A stretch of 64,000 bases of DNA from Daphnia carinata. Its lineage: Eukaryota. Position 1 is the stretch's first letter; each line of letters starts with the position of its first letter. The notes under the pieces were generated by a model that was not told the origin of the DNA, ran no database searches, and saw nothing but the letters and a program-made list of their open reading frames with translations. Location: contig NC_081331.1 in NCBI RefSeq assembly GCF_022539665.2, positions 9,920,001 to 9,984,000 of the forward strand, read 5' to 3'. Shown here piece after piece: positions 1 to 13,400 of this stretch. The translations under genes were made by a program, and so were the position numbers.

Positions 1-65
1 ACGAAACGAAAAAATGAAAAAAAAAAACCAAACGAAAAATCTGCGTTTCACGGCAAATGATGCAG

Positions 66-317
66 ATCCGCGTCGTTAACGCCTTCCGCCAGGGGGTTGA
101 TCCGCGCTTGATGGAGCGAACCAACCCCGCCCTGGCAGCGGTGCTACAGCGGCAAGCATCTGCTTCGTTGGCGAAACGTTTATCCCAGGCTTCATCAATA
201 GACTACGCTGATGCTCCCGGAGCGACTGGCATCGGAGACCGTGAAAGGGATTACTTGGCCCCCGAGACGGATATGGAGCGGCTTTCCTCCCGGAGCCACA
301 CGGAGACGGCGGTTTGA
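66..317 (+). CDS. PMCA: Terminal coding exon of a plasma membrane calcium-transporting ATPase (PMCA/ATP2B family); rest of gene lies upstream of the window
   Basis: Acceptor tgcAG at 64-65, then IRVVNAFRQG...RLSSRSHTETAV*. IRVV(N/K)AFR is the second half of the PMCA calmodulin-binding domain (…RIQTQ|IRVVKAFR), and the ETAV end is a class I PDZ ligand like ETSL/ETSV of PMCA b-forms. Confidence 0.9.
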   Translation: MRVVNAFRQGVDPRLMERTNPALAAVLQRQASASLAKRLSQASSIDYADAPGATGIGDRERDYLAPETDMERLSSRSHTETAV

Positions 318-3300
318 AGTGGAAAAAAAAAAAAAAACAGCAAAAAAAAACAGCAAACAGCAACATAACTAAATAATTGGTAATAAATAAATTCATGATT
401 TAATGCTCTTCGAGGCGGAGGGAAAAAAAAAAGAAGTTAAGCAAAAAAAAAAAAAAGAAAACTTACGAAATAGGAATCAAAGAAATCCATCCATCAAAAT
501 ACTGACTTTCCCTGACTTCCCAGTTTTTTATTTCTTCGTTTTTTTTTTCTTTTTGAATTCTCCGACTCCCCCCCCCCCCACCCAGTTGTGTATTCATCTG
601 ATTTACTCTCTTCCAACTGCTGAATAATATGTTCCCCGACGATGACTTTGATTAGCCCAAACCACTCTCGAAAAAAAGACATTTGTTTTTTCTTCAATTC
701 TCTGTATGTTTTTTTTTTTTTTTTTTTTTTTTTGAAATTCTAATCCAGTTTTTTCCCCTCCGATGAGGATGATGTGCTATGGAACGCTTCATTTTTTACC
801 CATGCTAACATCCACTCTCCCTTCCAACTCTTAGACGTGAAAAAGAAAAGAGAAACAAATGCAATGAGGAGCAGAAAAACACCCGACATTAACTTTGAAA
901 TATCTTTATCATTTTATTTATTTTTATTTTTATTTTATTTTTTTGAATTATTCAACGTCAGCTGATGTCCATGCAAATGATCATTTTCTTTGTTTTGTTC
1001 TTTATATGATTTTCTCGTTTGATTTTTTTGTGTGTGAATACTTTCAAATATTGCCGTTGACGATGAAAGACACACGGGGTGGGCAACGCGATGTCGTAAT
1101 CTACTGGGGAGGGGGAGAGATATTACTTAACGGATGAGAAACCCAGTTGCCGTTTCTATTAGATTTCTACGGTCCTTTTTAAGTAAAAAAAAGAAGACAA
1201 AAAAAACGAGAAATTTTTGCGGTGTTTTTCGCCTGTGTCCTATTTAGTAAACCATTTTTTTTTTTAAACCAAACATCTTGGATGTTCTTCTTTTAGGATT
1301 TCCGTTTTTTTTTCTTTCCCTGGTTCGCCTTTATATTTTTCATTTTGTTCTTTTCGTTATGCAAATTGCAGACTCTCCCCCTTTTTTTTTTCCTTATTCT
1401 TTCACTTGTATCATATGGATCCCCTTTTGAAATATTGCCGTGTGTTTGCGTGTGCGTTTCACTTCACTTCCCATTCCCTCTTCGACTCTCTTTGTCTTTT
1501 GATTTGTTATTATTTTGGGACACCTTTTCGTTTCACTGTATAATCTTCCGTCTTAACTTCTCTCTTTTCTGTCTTATCTTCTTTCTTTACAGTGTGCTAT
1601 TTGTCGTGTACGTGTACTCCACCTTCTTCTTTTATCATTTCGTTTTTAATATTTTTTTATCCTTAAAAAAAAAAGAGGTTCTTGTGTTTTTAGGCGGACG
1701 GGAAAGACTTGTTTTTTTTTTCTCGCTATTTCAGATTCAAAATTTATAAAAGTGTGTTTTCATCCCCCCCAATTATCTCTTAGTTTGTTACCCTGTTTGA
1801 TTCACTTTTTCTTTCTTTTCTCCGTGTTCTTTTTTTTTTTCCTTTGAGGGTTGTTTCGAATGGTTTTCCAGACTCGGTCCTTATATACATAGTAAACGAG
1901 AGAACAAAGCCAGTCTTGCGTTGTCAACACTATACTTGATTACGCATCGGTTCTCATTAGTTCCTTGTTCATTCGTTTTCCCTGTTTTTTGTTCTTCTTT
2001 CTCGGTTTAAAAAACGCCAAGGAAGAAATTCAAGAAGTAAAAAACGATGACACTGCTGTTCTCATTTTAACTACCATTTGATTCTTCTTCTTCTTCTTAT
2101 GTTCACTGCCAATTATCCACGAAAAAAAAAAAAACGTGGCGAATGCGAAGTGTGGATGTCTTTTTCTTTAAAAAAAAAAAAGGGTGTTCAAATGCAGTTT
2201 TAAAAAGAATGAGCGGATGAGTGGAGGATAAATGTGATGCGATTGTGCAGGTGGTGCCTTGTTTTCAGCAATCACCCTTTTTTTTTTCTTCCGGACATTT
2301 CTTCCTGGGTTTTTTTCATACTATTTGATATCGCACTTTATCGAATATCCCACCTTTGTTGTGGTTATTGATTTCGTCACTGCCTCGCATTCTGTTTAGT
2401 ATTTTTTTTTTCAGAATGGAATTATCCCATTTTTACGTGGGCAGAAATCAAGCTTGTTAAAACGCGTATATTGGCCGGTAAAAAAAACAACAACAAACAA
2501 ACAAAACATACAGAAGCAATAGCTCTGGGCTTGGGCAGTCAAAAGAATTTATTGATATCGTTTCGAACATAGTCGTATGCGCTGTTGCTGCCGCTCTTCG
2601 GTTTGTTAATATTTCACTAGCAAATGTGTTTCTTTGTCTTTTATTTATTTTTAATTTCAAGGCTAAAAAATTTTTTTTTTAAATGGCGTCAAAATTTCAA
2701 TTGGGCCTCCCGCTATTTATTGCTTTTATTGAGCTAGGAAAAAAAAGACACACACTCTGGGACTTGTCGAGAAATCGATGTTAAAGCGGAACCGAATTTT
2801 TTTTTTTCTTGTAGCCTATATGATTTGTAAGTAAAAACGAGAAGACAGCCCACTCTTGAATCCATGATAGGAAGAATTGCTTTTCAATTTCAGTAGATTA
2901 GAACAAAGAAAAACGTGGAGATCCACATTGAACATGATGTGCTATACCTGTTCGAATGGCCCAAATTGAACAAATGTTGCGCCAAGTAGAGCGTCTCTAT
3001 GAAATACTAAACCAAGACGTGTGTGTGTGTGCGTTTGTGTCTTTTCGTTTTCATCTTCTCCCGATCTTGATTTTTTTTTTCAATTTTCAATGTGGCGAAA
3101 AAAAAAAAGAAATCCAGAAGAATTTGCATTGTAATTGCTGTCGAATAGCCAAGTTTCTTTTTGGTTTTTCTTCTCGTTATTCTTTTCTTGTTGGTGCAAA
3201 GAATATTTGCGAAGCAAACATGTGTTTCTGCTCCTCCCTGTCTCTCTTTCTCTTTCCCTCTTTTGTCCTAACTTCGCTCTGAAAGTGTTATGATTAATGA

Positions 3301-4500
3301 TTATTATAATTTTGGATTAAACCAAAAGAGGAGAGCCTGTTGTTTTTGTTGTTTCACCCTTCTTTTTCATTACAAGAAGTTAAAGAAAAAAAAAATTATT
3401 AAAACTAAAAAAAAAAAAATTAATGATTGTTTGTTATAACCGAAGAAATTTTTACAAGTGTTGTTGACGTAGCGTTTATCTTATGGTTATTATCTTTACA
3501 TAGTCGCGCTCCAAAGGGTTCATCGTTTCATAACACACACAAAAGGAAGACTTCTTTTTTTTTTGAATCCTCTTAACTCACGTCGTCCTCTCTTGTATTT
3601 GCTCTCTCGTTCTCTCCATCTATTTTACCTATCTCTTTCTCTATCTTAAAAAAAACTTTCTTCTCTGTAGCTTATTGGTAGCCAAACGGTTGTTTGTTTT
3701 CTTATTGATTGCCCCCTCCGGATTTTTATGACTGATCCCCTCTGAAATTGCCCTTTCCCAAAAACAAACAAACAAAAAAATAAATAAATAATAACAATAA
3801 GCAATTTCTCGATCGCGAGACACAGCCACATTATTCTTGTTCTTAATTCCACACACAACTCCAATCGTTCCATTGAGGTGTAAATGTGCCAGTCATGTCA
3901 CAAGGGCGATAACATTTGTTCTTGGCGGGGAACAAATGGGGGGGGGGGGGGGAGGAAACAACAACAAAAACAAGTCTATGTCTCCCTTTTTACATCATTT
4001 ACGTGCTCTGTTGGTTTCCTCTTCTTTTAGGTTCAACGTGCTGGGTTTTCTTTCCATCCCCTTTCCTCTTTCTAATGAGTGTCTTATTATACTTTCTTTT
4101 TCAATTCGTATTTTAACCATTTGTTTCTTGGGTTCATTTAATAAATGACTTTGTTTAACGAGGCTAATCTTAAATTCCCTGATTTTTGTATTTCAAAAAC
4201 TCCCTTCCATTTCTCACTGATGACGACTGTTTGACAATAACAACTCACGATGTTCCCTAACCCTTGTATGCATTATGCAACAGCGCATAATTTTGCAAGA
4301 CTAACGGAGAGAAAATAGCAGCGTGATTTTCTAATGTTTTCAGTTCCAAATGGTCTTTGATTTCCTTTGTTTGCCGCCCACCCCTTTTATCTCTTTCCAT
4401 CTCTCTCTCACACACATTTTTTGTTTTTGTTTTAAATTCTTTTCACTATCTATTTTAACTCTTATCTTCGTATATTTCTCCTTGTACAAATAAAACTTTG
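318..4500 (+). other. Probable long 3' UTR of PMCA
   Basis: U-rich, non-coding sequence after the stop codon with several AATAAA hexamers (e.g. 4489-4494). The true 3' end cannot be fixed from sequence. Confidence 0.45.
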
Positions 4501-6439
4501 AGCTCTTGGTTACCAGTGTTCAATACTGTTTCCCCGGCACCCCTCTTCTTCTTTTTTTTTAAAGTTCTCTTGTATCTACTGTTAACAGTGTGGTGTCTCT
4601 ATAATGTCACTCACCTGGTCTTGTAGTCCAATTAACCTGCTCCTCCCCACACGAAAAAGATAACACTTTTTACTTCCTTTTTGATACATTCAACAAAAAT
4701 CTGTCGAACGTGGTGCGATTATTGTGTTGGGATTTACTTCCCACTTAATAAGGCTAACGACTTCGTTTGCGGGAAAGGCTGCAGGAAGGTGTGCGAAATT
4801 TTGGTAAATCGTTCAAGTTGATGTTGCACGACGAACTCATAAGCATGGAGCTGCCTCTTTCATCATTCAAGAATTTTAAGACAAGTCGAGATGTTTTCAC
4901 TTTGACCTATCCACATGAATGACTTTAGGTTTACTGGATGAGCAAAATTTGCGTTGATCGCATTTCTTTTTTTGACCCTTCTCCGAACCGGATTTCTTGT
5001 TATTTGGATTCAAAACAAAACTTTTTTGAAACGGAATAAACTAGCCAAAAATAAAAGCGATGTGGTGGCTATTTTACGCGAATGCAAAATAAATCAAATA
5101 TATTTAGAAAAAAACATTTTGGTATAAAATATCGTCAGGAATTTGAATGAACCGGCACTCAAAAAAAAACAAGCGGGTCTCTGTGCATGTTGGCTACAGT
5201 GGAATTTCTATCTCTACAATATACGCAAAAGCTAATGTTTAAGCAAAAATACTATAAAACTTCACCTGTGAAACTGAAAACTGTTAGAAACTTTACAAGA
5301 CATTGCGAATAGCAGTGCCGCCAGGGAACATATTCTTCACTGCGTTTCCAGGATGTAACTCAATAAAAATCTGCCTACCACTATATGTACCGCATTCACG
5401 ATTAAATATTAACATTCCATTTCGCTGCTTAAATAGTAAATCGTCCGATTGTATTCACGACTGAAATGCAAATGTAAAACGAAAAACTTGGGAACTGATA
5501 TTAAAACGAAAGTATGTGCAACATTCGAATAGTGAAAAGATAAAAGTAAAAAGACTTTCGAGGAAAAGGATGAGAGTCTGGCCTGTAAAGAACCGACTTA
5601 CATACGTAAACATATCTAAGACAATTAACGATTCAAATCGCGGCCGTGAAGGCTCATAGCGTCCATACATTCATAACAGCGTTTTCATCATCAATTGTAC
5701 GCTTTAAAAAAAAACACAAAAAAAATGGTTAAAAAATAGGAATTTTTGTTTTTTTTGGTTGTATGCAAAGTGTGTGCAAAACTGCTCAATTCGGTGATAG
5801 CCGATGAACTGGATTTTTTTTCGAAACGAGGGCCGGCCCAGGTTCGATATCCTTTTGTTGGGGGGTGCTTGTAGAGTAGTATTAGTTCTGCCGCTCGTAC
5901 TCACTGACTTACCGCTCCCCGTGAAGCAAGGCTGTCTAAAATATAACTGTTATAGAAATGCGAGATATATGCCACTTTGTGTACAAAACCAAAACAATAT
6001 TAACGAACAACTAATTCACATATTTGCACACTGGTTATGCAACAGTTGAAAACTGCAATCAGGACAACAGACTTGCAATCATCTTGGGTCCTTCTTCTAT
6101 TTGTATGCATATGTTACTTTTGTTTTTGTGGTAGGGTCTTTTAGACGGATAAAAGCAGATGTGTCGTTCACCGACTTGGCAGCAATTACTCGATAATAAT
6201 TAGTTTTCTTTTGTTCTTACGTCAGTTGCGGCTTTTAGCAGGGCGTACATTTGAATTGCAAATGCATTCGTCTTTGTGCGGGATTGACAGATGGCGAGTT
6301 TTTTTTTCTTTTTTACTTTTACTGCCAAAATGCCAATTAAAAATAAAGTACGTGATCTTTTTCGCGATTCTGATGGACAGAATTCGGCTTACTGGAATCG
6401 ATGATTAGCTGTCGTGAAATCTTTCATGTCATCGGAGCG

Positions 6440-9400
6440 TCAGGAATCTTGAGAAGTCGCTGGTGCTGCGTCATTCGCTGAGTTACCCGCATTGACCGTA
6501 TCAGTAATAGCTGCTTTCGTGACAGAAGAACTGGAAACGATCGACGCAGTGGCAGCTAACAGTGTGCTGCGATCCTTGCTGTTCTGCTGCGTTAGCTTAG
6601 CACAGCTGGCCGCAAAATTGTTTCCAGTTTTCAGGTGACTCCGCAAGGAGCTTACACAGACGTAGACAGGGCGATAGAGAACGACGTCAGCCTCACAATT
6701 CGCTGGCCCACCATCGTAAACTTGGCCGAGCTGGAACTCTGGCCCGACATATCGTCCTCCTTCTACGTGTTCACACGCTGGTTCTGCAAATTCACAACAA
6801 CAAAAATCAGGAGGTACTGCCAACTCATTTTGAAATGAATTAACATACCGTAATAAACTACTGGCTGGTTAGGTGAATTGGGAATCCGAAACGGTACGGT
6901 GGCTATTGTTACAGGGAATTCCATCGTCAAATCTTCCGCCTCCGATTCCAGGAGCAAGCTGACCTGCAACATTTCCGAAATGGACGTGTGTTTCGTCAAA
7001 TTCGCCACCGATTAGAAGAGCTCAAATTTACTCACGTGAAGGGCGTAATAGACGTTGATCATTCGACAGACGCCAACTAGCGTCGTTGGTAAGGCTGGCA
7101 ACACCAGTGACTGTGATGAATCAAATTTAGAACGTCTTCCAGGCTGCACCGGATCACCCCGATACTCCAGCACGACGTGTTGCAACTCCTTGTTAGCACC
7201 GAGAACTCCTCTATGAATAGTATACTCGACATACTGCAGTGAATAAACGAATAATAAAAATAAATGCCAATTTCATTTGGTTGGTACGAAAAGCCAATCA
7301 AAAATCTTCATTTTTATGTGCGCTAAATTTAGGAGAAAATCAGATATTGACCTGAATGAGGCGTAGTCGAAGGCGCACTTCTTCAGAGCTGCGGTTGTTG
7401 ATGTCAGCCTTCAAGCGCAGACTTTCGCCGCTGACATACGCAGATCGGTCCAGTTGAACGCTAAGCGACAGTGGACCTTTCTTACAGCATAGGCAACAAG
7501 AGATCCGCTTTCTTCGTCGACTTAGTGGTTTCTGTACCAAATCAATTTTATTTTCGATTAACAACTTGGATCGAATGATTAAATCAACGGCTTAAGTGAT
7601 ATGTACCAGATATTGTTCCTCCATGCAGTCGATGTGGGGCCCAATAATCGTGAAGTACTTCATACCTTGCGGTGGAGACGCGTACGGAATGTCAACCGTG
7701 GCCTAGCAAAAGGCGGTACAAAGTAGTAAACAATGATACTCGAAAGAAAAAAAGTGAATTTTGTACAACGTGATTTGAATTTCTTATACATAGAACTTTT
7801 CAAATGTTGACTGATATTCGACACTCGACTGGGATCTTTTCTTTTTGCCAGCTGTTTGACTTTAGATTAAAGGTAAAAGTCAAATATGTTTGAGATGAAA
7901 AGGTCATGTCAAAAAGAACGTGCAAAAAAAAAGTGGAGAGATATACTTGAATAAAAGACAAATCCCTATATGCGCTACGTCTTCCATCCACCGTACATAA
8001 AGAGCTTTTGGCACTCACGGGAGCTCTAGTCAAAGGTGGCACTAAAGATCAATCCTGGGGATTGCAACATTGAAATCCAACGTGCAGCTCCCAATCAATA
8101 AAAATAGCTTTTAAGCTCCCAACCTTTTTTTCTCTGTACCCTTTAACATTCCTATCAACGCACCATTTCAAAAAGTTCATTGATTGAATTCACCGTCACT
8201 AATCCTGCGGTAAACACGCTCGTCGGGACAACCACCTAAAAAGGTGGCCATTTGCCCGCAAACCTTTAAATTTTTTTTGTTTGCTCACCTTGATGTAATA
8301 TCGAACGGTGCCTATCTTGCTCTCGAAGGAACATGGTAGACAGCTTTCCGGCAACAAAAAGTGGAATGGAAACTGATGATAACCTCGCGGCAAAACTGGG
8401 ATGGATCCGTCGGCTTTCTCTGTAACAAGTCGTGCGTCAAAGGTATAAAAAAACAAGATTTTATTTCTCTGAATTGGTATCACTGTTGATTCAGAATGCA
8501 ACGCGTTAGGGATACATGGAATAGTGTTTACCTTTCCCCCAAATTGTCGATCGTTCATCGATGAAATATTGGTCGTCGCTGATAGACTGCTGATCGCCGG
8601 AAACCACTACTTTCCATTCCAGATGAGCTCTTCCTCGTAACACTACACGGACAGCTGTTCCAAAAATATTTAAAAGTAAAAGACCGTAGATTTCAATTAG
8701 TCGTCTTGTTCTCGGAGGTGGACTTTTCACGTATACATTTTTAATCATAAACAAAAACAAAAAAAATTACTTCTGGTAACGTGGGACAATTATACCGATA
8801 ACTGTTCAACTGATCGAACTAGTCGAATACGAAACGAAATATGTGTGAGTTGATTGGGTATTTAAATATTTAAACCTTAAACTCGAAACAAGCGTGGCCA
8901 AATGTATAGCCATGGACTTTGTTATTGATCTGTGCATCAATAAAGAAACAGCATAGTTACGATTATGGGATTCTGTAGAGGGAACATTTTTGTCCCCTTG
9001 GATACATTTACCTGAATGCCTACTATCCTAGGAAAACAATTTCTTTTCGTTTGGAAACGCGTAACGGCCATGATGTTTGACATACATTATGCATATCCTT
9101 GTAAAATACAAGGGCTCTAGCAACCACAAACATCAAACCCGGTTATAAATCGAACATAGGAAATAGTTCGCTATACTGTTTTATACATTCCCAGCACTTG
9201 ATTTACTGGTTTCCCCAATCTTGCGTGCAATACATGACCTTACGGCTGATGGAACAATTTCCGAAATGCCGTTCTATTCCACGCTCGTTTTTATTCATTT
9301 TTGGCCTTTTTTTTTCTCCATCAAAGGACATTTCCATCTATGACCTGAAATTTCCGCATACTTTGAACACATTGGGCAATAACCCATTTATTTAATCCAT

Positions 9401-9631
9401 TTGGGAAGCGCGTGTGCCTCTCTACCAACCCTCTCCTAACAATCACTAAACGATGCCGTGTATAGATGCTGTTAGGGTTTTGTTCTATTAAAATCTAACA
9501 TGTTCCGTGACACGCGTACCTCTCAATTTGAAGTTCTCTGAGGTATCGAGGATAACGACGCCGTAGACCGTCTCGCCGGCATAGTACATTTCCTTCTCCA
9601 AGCGGATGTCGAATTCTCGTATGTAATCCAT
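6440..9631 (-). CDS. Arrestin domain-containing protein (alpha-arrestin/ARRDC family), 8 coding exons, 432 aa
   Basis: Exons 9631-9520, 8654-8532, 8419-8289, 7702-7607, 7531-7352, 7233-7036, 6963-6849, 6783-6440. All introns are GT-AG, phases are compatible and the total is 1299 nt. Protein: MDYIREFDIRLEKEMYYAGETVYGVVILD…VRVVLRGRAHLEWK…LPRGYHQFPFHFLLPESCLPCSFESKIGTVRYYIKATVDIPY…CCLCCKKGPLSLSVQLDRSAYVSGE…FPVTIATVPF, typical Arrestin_N and Arrestin_C motifs. Confidence 0.92.
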
Positions 9632-9703
9632 GTGGATGGCTTGATGGCTACGCTGGCCGACAGCTGGGACTCCGAAACAATTGATCTATCTAGTCATGTC
9701 TGC
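9632..9703 (-). other. 5' UTR part of the first ARRDC coding exon (candidate acceptor at 9704-9705 would imply a further upstream non-coding exon)
   Basis: Minus strand reads a pyrimidine-rich tract …ttttcctttt…ccaaatacAG|gcagacatgactag… upstream of the ATG at 9631. Confidence 0.5.
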
Positions 9704-9859
9704 CTGTATTTGGAGGAACGATACAAAAGGAAAAACAAACAAAAAATGAGAATCAATTTATCTTTTAACTCTGTTTCTTTCATAATAGTACAATTGATGG
9801 CTATCAAAACTAGATCCAAATTCATTTCTTTTCTAAAACCTAGAAACAGCTATAAATAA

Positions 9860-10480
9860 TACGTATTAAATTTTTAATTTAACGGGAATCATGAAAACTG
9901 GCTTTGTATTTACGTGGGACTTTAAACTTATGACCAACATTTTTTTACGAGAAAATTGGGCTAAAAAAATAAGCCTGACACAATAAGCCCGTCAAAATAA
10001 GCCCGACTTTTCCTATATTTTATTTGTTTTTAAAAAAAGCTTAATTCTGTTATAAATATGCAGGTTTTTATTCAAAATTGGACGCGGATCATGAAAATTG
10101 GCTTTGTTTTTACGTGGGGCCTATAGTTTTTCACTTGTTTGAATTTAAAGCGATTGCGCTTCTACCGTATAGATTCCCTTTAATTCAAAAACTACATGAT
10201 TCAAGGGAAAACTATTATTTTATACGTAATCAAAACTTAGATTTGGTTATAAGAAGTCAAGTTTTATCTAATTTCAAGATAAAATTTTAAGCCCGACATA
10301 TTTCTGGGAAAAAATCGGACTTAAAAATATAAGCCCAGCAAAATAAGCCCGACTTTTTCGATATTTTATTTATTTTTTAGAAATCTAAGTTTTGTTATAA
10401 ATATACGCGTTTTTTTTATTTAAAATTGAACGAGAATCACAAAAATCAGCCTTTTTTCAAGTGTTGCTTATAGTATTTAA
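9860..10480. repeat. Dispersed AT-rich repeat family (AAGCCCGAC motif), about 2-3 tandem degenerate units
   Basis: AAAATAAGCCCGACTTTT at 9994-10011 and 10340-10357. A related ATCATGAAAA(C/T)TGGCTTTG…TACGTGGG block occurs near 9888 and 10088, with a degenerate third copy near 10436. Confidence 0.75.
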
Positions 10481-13400
10481 GTTATTTAAATTAAAATTGA
10501 TCTTTGAATTCAATGTGGGACTTCCGAATGTCTCACATTCACATCGTTCACAAACCACAATTTGTCTCATTATTCTATGGATGACATCTTCGGTTATTCG
10601 TAGAAAAGCATTTTCTTTAAATTTTCAATGATTTTCATCATAAATTATATCCGATTCATCTTCATTTTTCTTAAAGATTAGAAGCATGCCATATTATGAT
10701 TGAGCTCAAGTTTATTTTATTTTTTAATCTTTGACAGCGGACGTAAAACTATGTGGTTCAGGTATGTCGTAAATCGTAACATATGAGACAAGAATTGCTT
10801 ATGCAGCTTCGTGTGCTTGTGCTCAATTTGATCGTTTCTGCCTGCGCTCTATCTCAGCCAGCTCTACAAGCGGAAATAATGGCTGACAGGGACTTGCCAA
10901 AAGGGAACCTGCATTGCAGTGCAACCTTTGCAGCACAAGTGTTTAGATTGCATCAATAAATAAAAGACAGTATCAATAAATAAACAGCCAAAGAAACCAT
11001 AAAAGAAAACAAATCAGTATTTTTCTTGATACCTTTTTTCTTGTTTATTTTTTTGCAAACAACACCGTAATACCCCAGATAAATAGTGACGTACGACGCG
11101 TCAGTATACCAAGATAGATTCTTGTAAACTACAAGGGTCTTGACAACTGAAGTAAAATCAAATGTTATGATTTTTCAAGTGATGTAACTCTCCGTCCGCA
11201 ATTTGGCCCCAAAATGAATTGCCTCCTTACTCTGCGAGCTGAGTTAAAAGCTACGGCACAATTCTTGAGTTCTACCTTTACCATCGTATAAAATACGTAC
11301 ATCACAGAGCTCCCACTGCTTTGTGTAATTTCTAAAAGAATTTGACAGAGGAACATTGTGTAGTTTATGGAACTCTTATCATTCACGAACTACGTTCACG
11401 AAGTATGCGATGGTTAAGGACAACGAACTGGAGGTTTCTCAATTTGTCGGCGGTAAAATATTGCTTAGTTGGGCCCCCCCCCCCCAACTAAGGGGGGGGG
11501 GGGGGAGAGGACTTGATACACGACGAATGGTTTTTTTTACCGAGAAGAGAGAATACGTCATTTCAGGCTGCTGCCTTGTCAGGTTATCTAACAGACAGAT
11601 AGTCTACCCACCAACGGTTGCCCACGTATCAGGCACATCTGTTCAATTTATCAAAAAGTGCACGGAAAAAAAAGGAAAACTGCAGTAAAGCGGATTTTTT
11701 GTAAAAAAAAAAAAAAAATAAAGAAAGGAGAAAAATCTTAACAGCTTGTCTGCATTGTTGGATGTGTTTCGTTGTGCTTGCAAAAGGCGGATTTGATTAA
11801 ATGTTATTATGCGCATAGCAATGCATATACATTTGACATGTATATTATCTGACCTTTTGTGTTAACTCCAACCGCCTCATGTTTAACAATTTAGAGATGT
11901 CTCTATTCACATTTTTAATGATTTTGCTAGTTCCCTCAACGTCAAGCAAACTACTTGATGTTTGGAAAAACAATTCATATCATGATGTACCATAGATATA
12001 GACTATTGCTTTATGTAGGACACAATAAGCGTGAACCTTTCTTGGGAATAAATATTTAATTGCGTTAATTTTCGTCAGCATACATCTCCTGCTGTATTGC
12101 AAATCTGTCTAGTTTCCTTCGAGGTGGTGCGCACGGCACCTTCTCGTTGTTTTGATCTGCATTGATGGCAACGCCAATAAATAATTGATTTTGGGTTCAT
12201 CTAAAATTCATCAGCACAAATTCTAAAGTATATAAACTCATCGAATTTCTTTTACGTGCAGAAAATCAGTTCAGGTTTCTATTGGTTCACCAGCTCTTAT
12301 CTACAAGCAGGTTTTATTGCATACAATGCCACACCCTTTTGTCTATACGTACACCACGTTTGCTGTATAATGTTTGCAACTACTCAAAAGCTTCCATTTC
12401 AAATACGTTTATCAAGATAATTGCTAATAAGGCTAGTTAGAACACCAGCAAAGATCAAGTCCAACTTGCCTAAAGTTTGTGCGATGAGAAGTTCTAGGAA
12501 AAGTTTTGAAACCAACGTCTACTGTGGGGAAGGCAGATCTTTCCCTGCTTTAATCATAAACTTTCTCTTCGGTGAACAATGAAGGCCGTTCAACTTTTGA
12601 TCACAAAAGCGTGTTGTACCTTATATAGTCTTCGTTCTTTGAGGGAATAAGGATTCAGGAAAAATGTGCACGCTCCTCACTTTTATATCAGCAGGTGATA
12701 ATCGAATAAATGTAGGCCTATGTACCCTCTACGAAGCAATATAGGGTTTTTCTCGGCAACAATAGACCGATGTCATTTCATTGCATGTTATATCTCAGAA
12801 ACTAGGGTTCTTTTTTGTTTCCAGTTACTCCCACGCCGTTGTCAGCGTAACGATTATTATTATTGATATACGGAGCCAACACATAAAAATTGTGTCTCTA
12901 TTGTATCCTGGGTGCAAGGTCCCAAAGTTCTCGACATTACTAGGAAATGTCAAGCAATTGAGTCGACCTTCTCACAAGTGCAGTGAAAAAATATGATCGC
13001 TATTAAAAAACGACGAACGTGCCTTCCCGTCATCGCATTATATTTTCTAACAAACAAGCTCCATTTGTTCCCTAGTTGTTACACGTCTTTGATAATTTGA
13101 AAATCGTTGATATCAGCACGCCCATTGCAAAGGTATCGTTAACTGTAACAACCTTTTAACCGGTCTATTCGTGTTTGATAGATGTAAACATTCTTCACTG
13201 ACATTCCACTGGATCATTTGTGAGGCCTAAATTGTAGATGTTCACTAATGCCCAGTAAGTATCTGCTTCATCAGCTGGAAGTGGTGGGAAAAAGCTGAGC
13301 GTTGCGGTCTTGTTCCTTTTCACGCACTCCACATAGACGCCCAGGGCGTCCCTATCAGCATTGATGGTGTTGGTGATTAACCGATTCAGCAGCAAACACG

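Noticed and set aside
57..65. ATG-initiated independent 86-aa gene at 57
   Set aside because: The ATGs lie in the intron just before the acceptor AG, and the peptide is the PMCA C-terminus.
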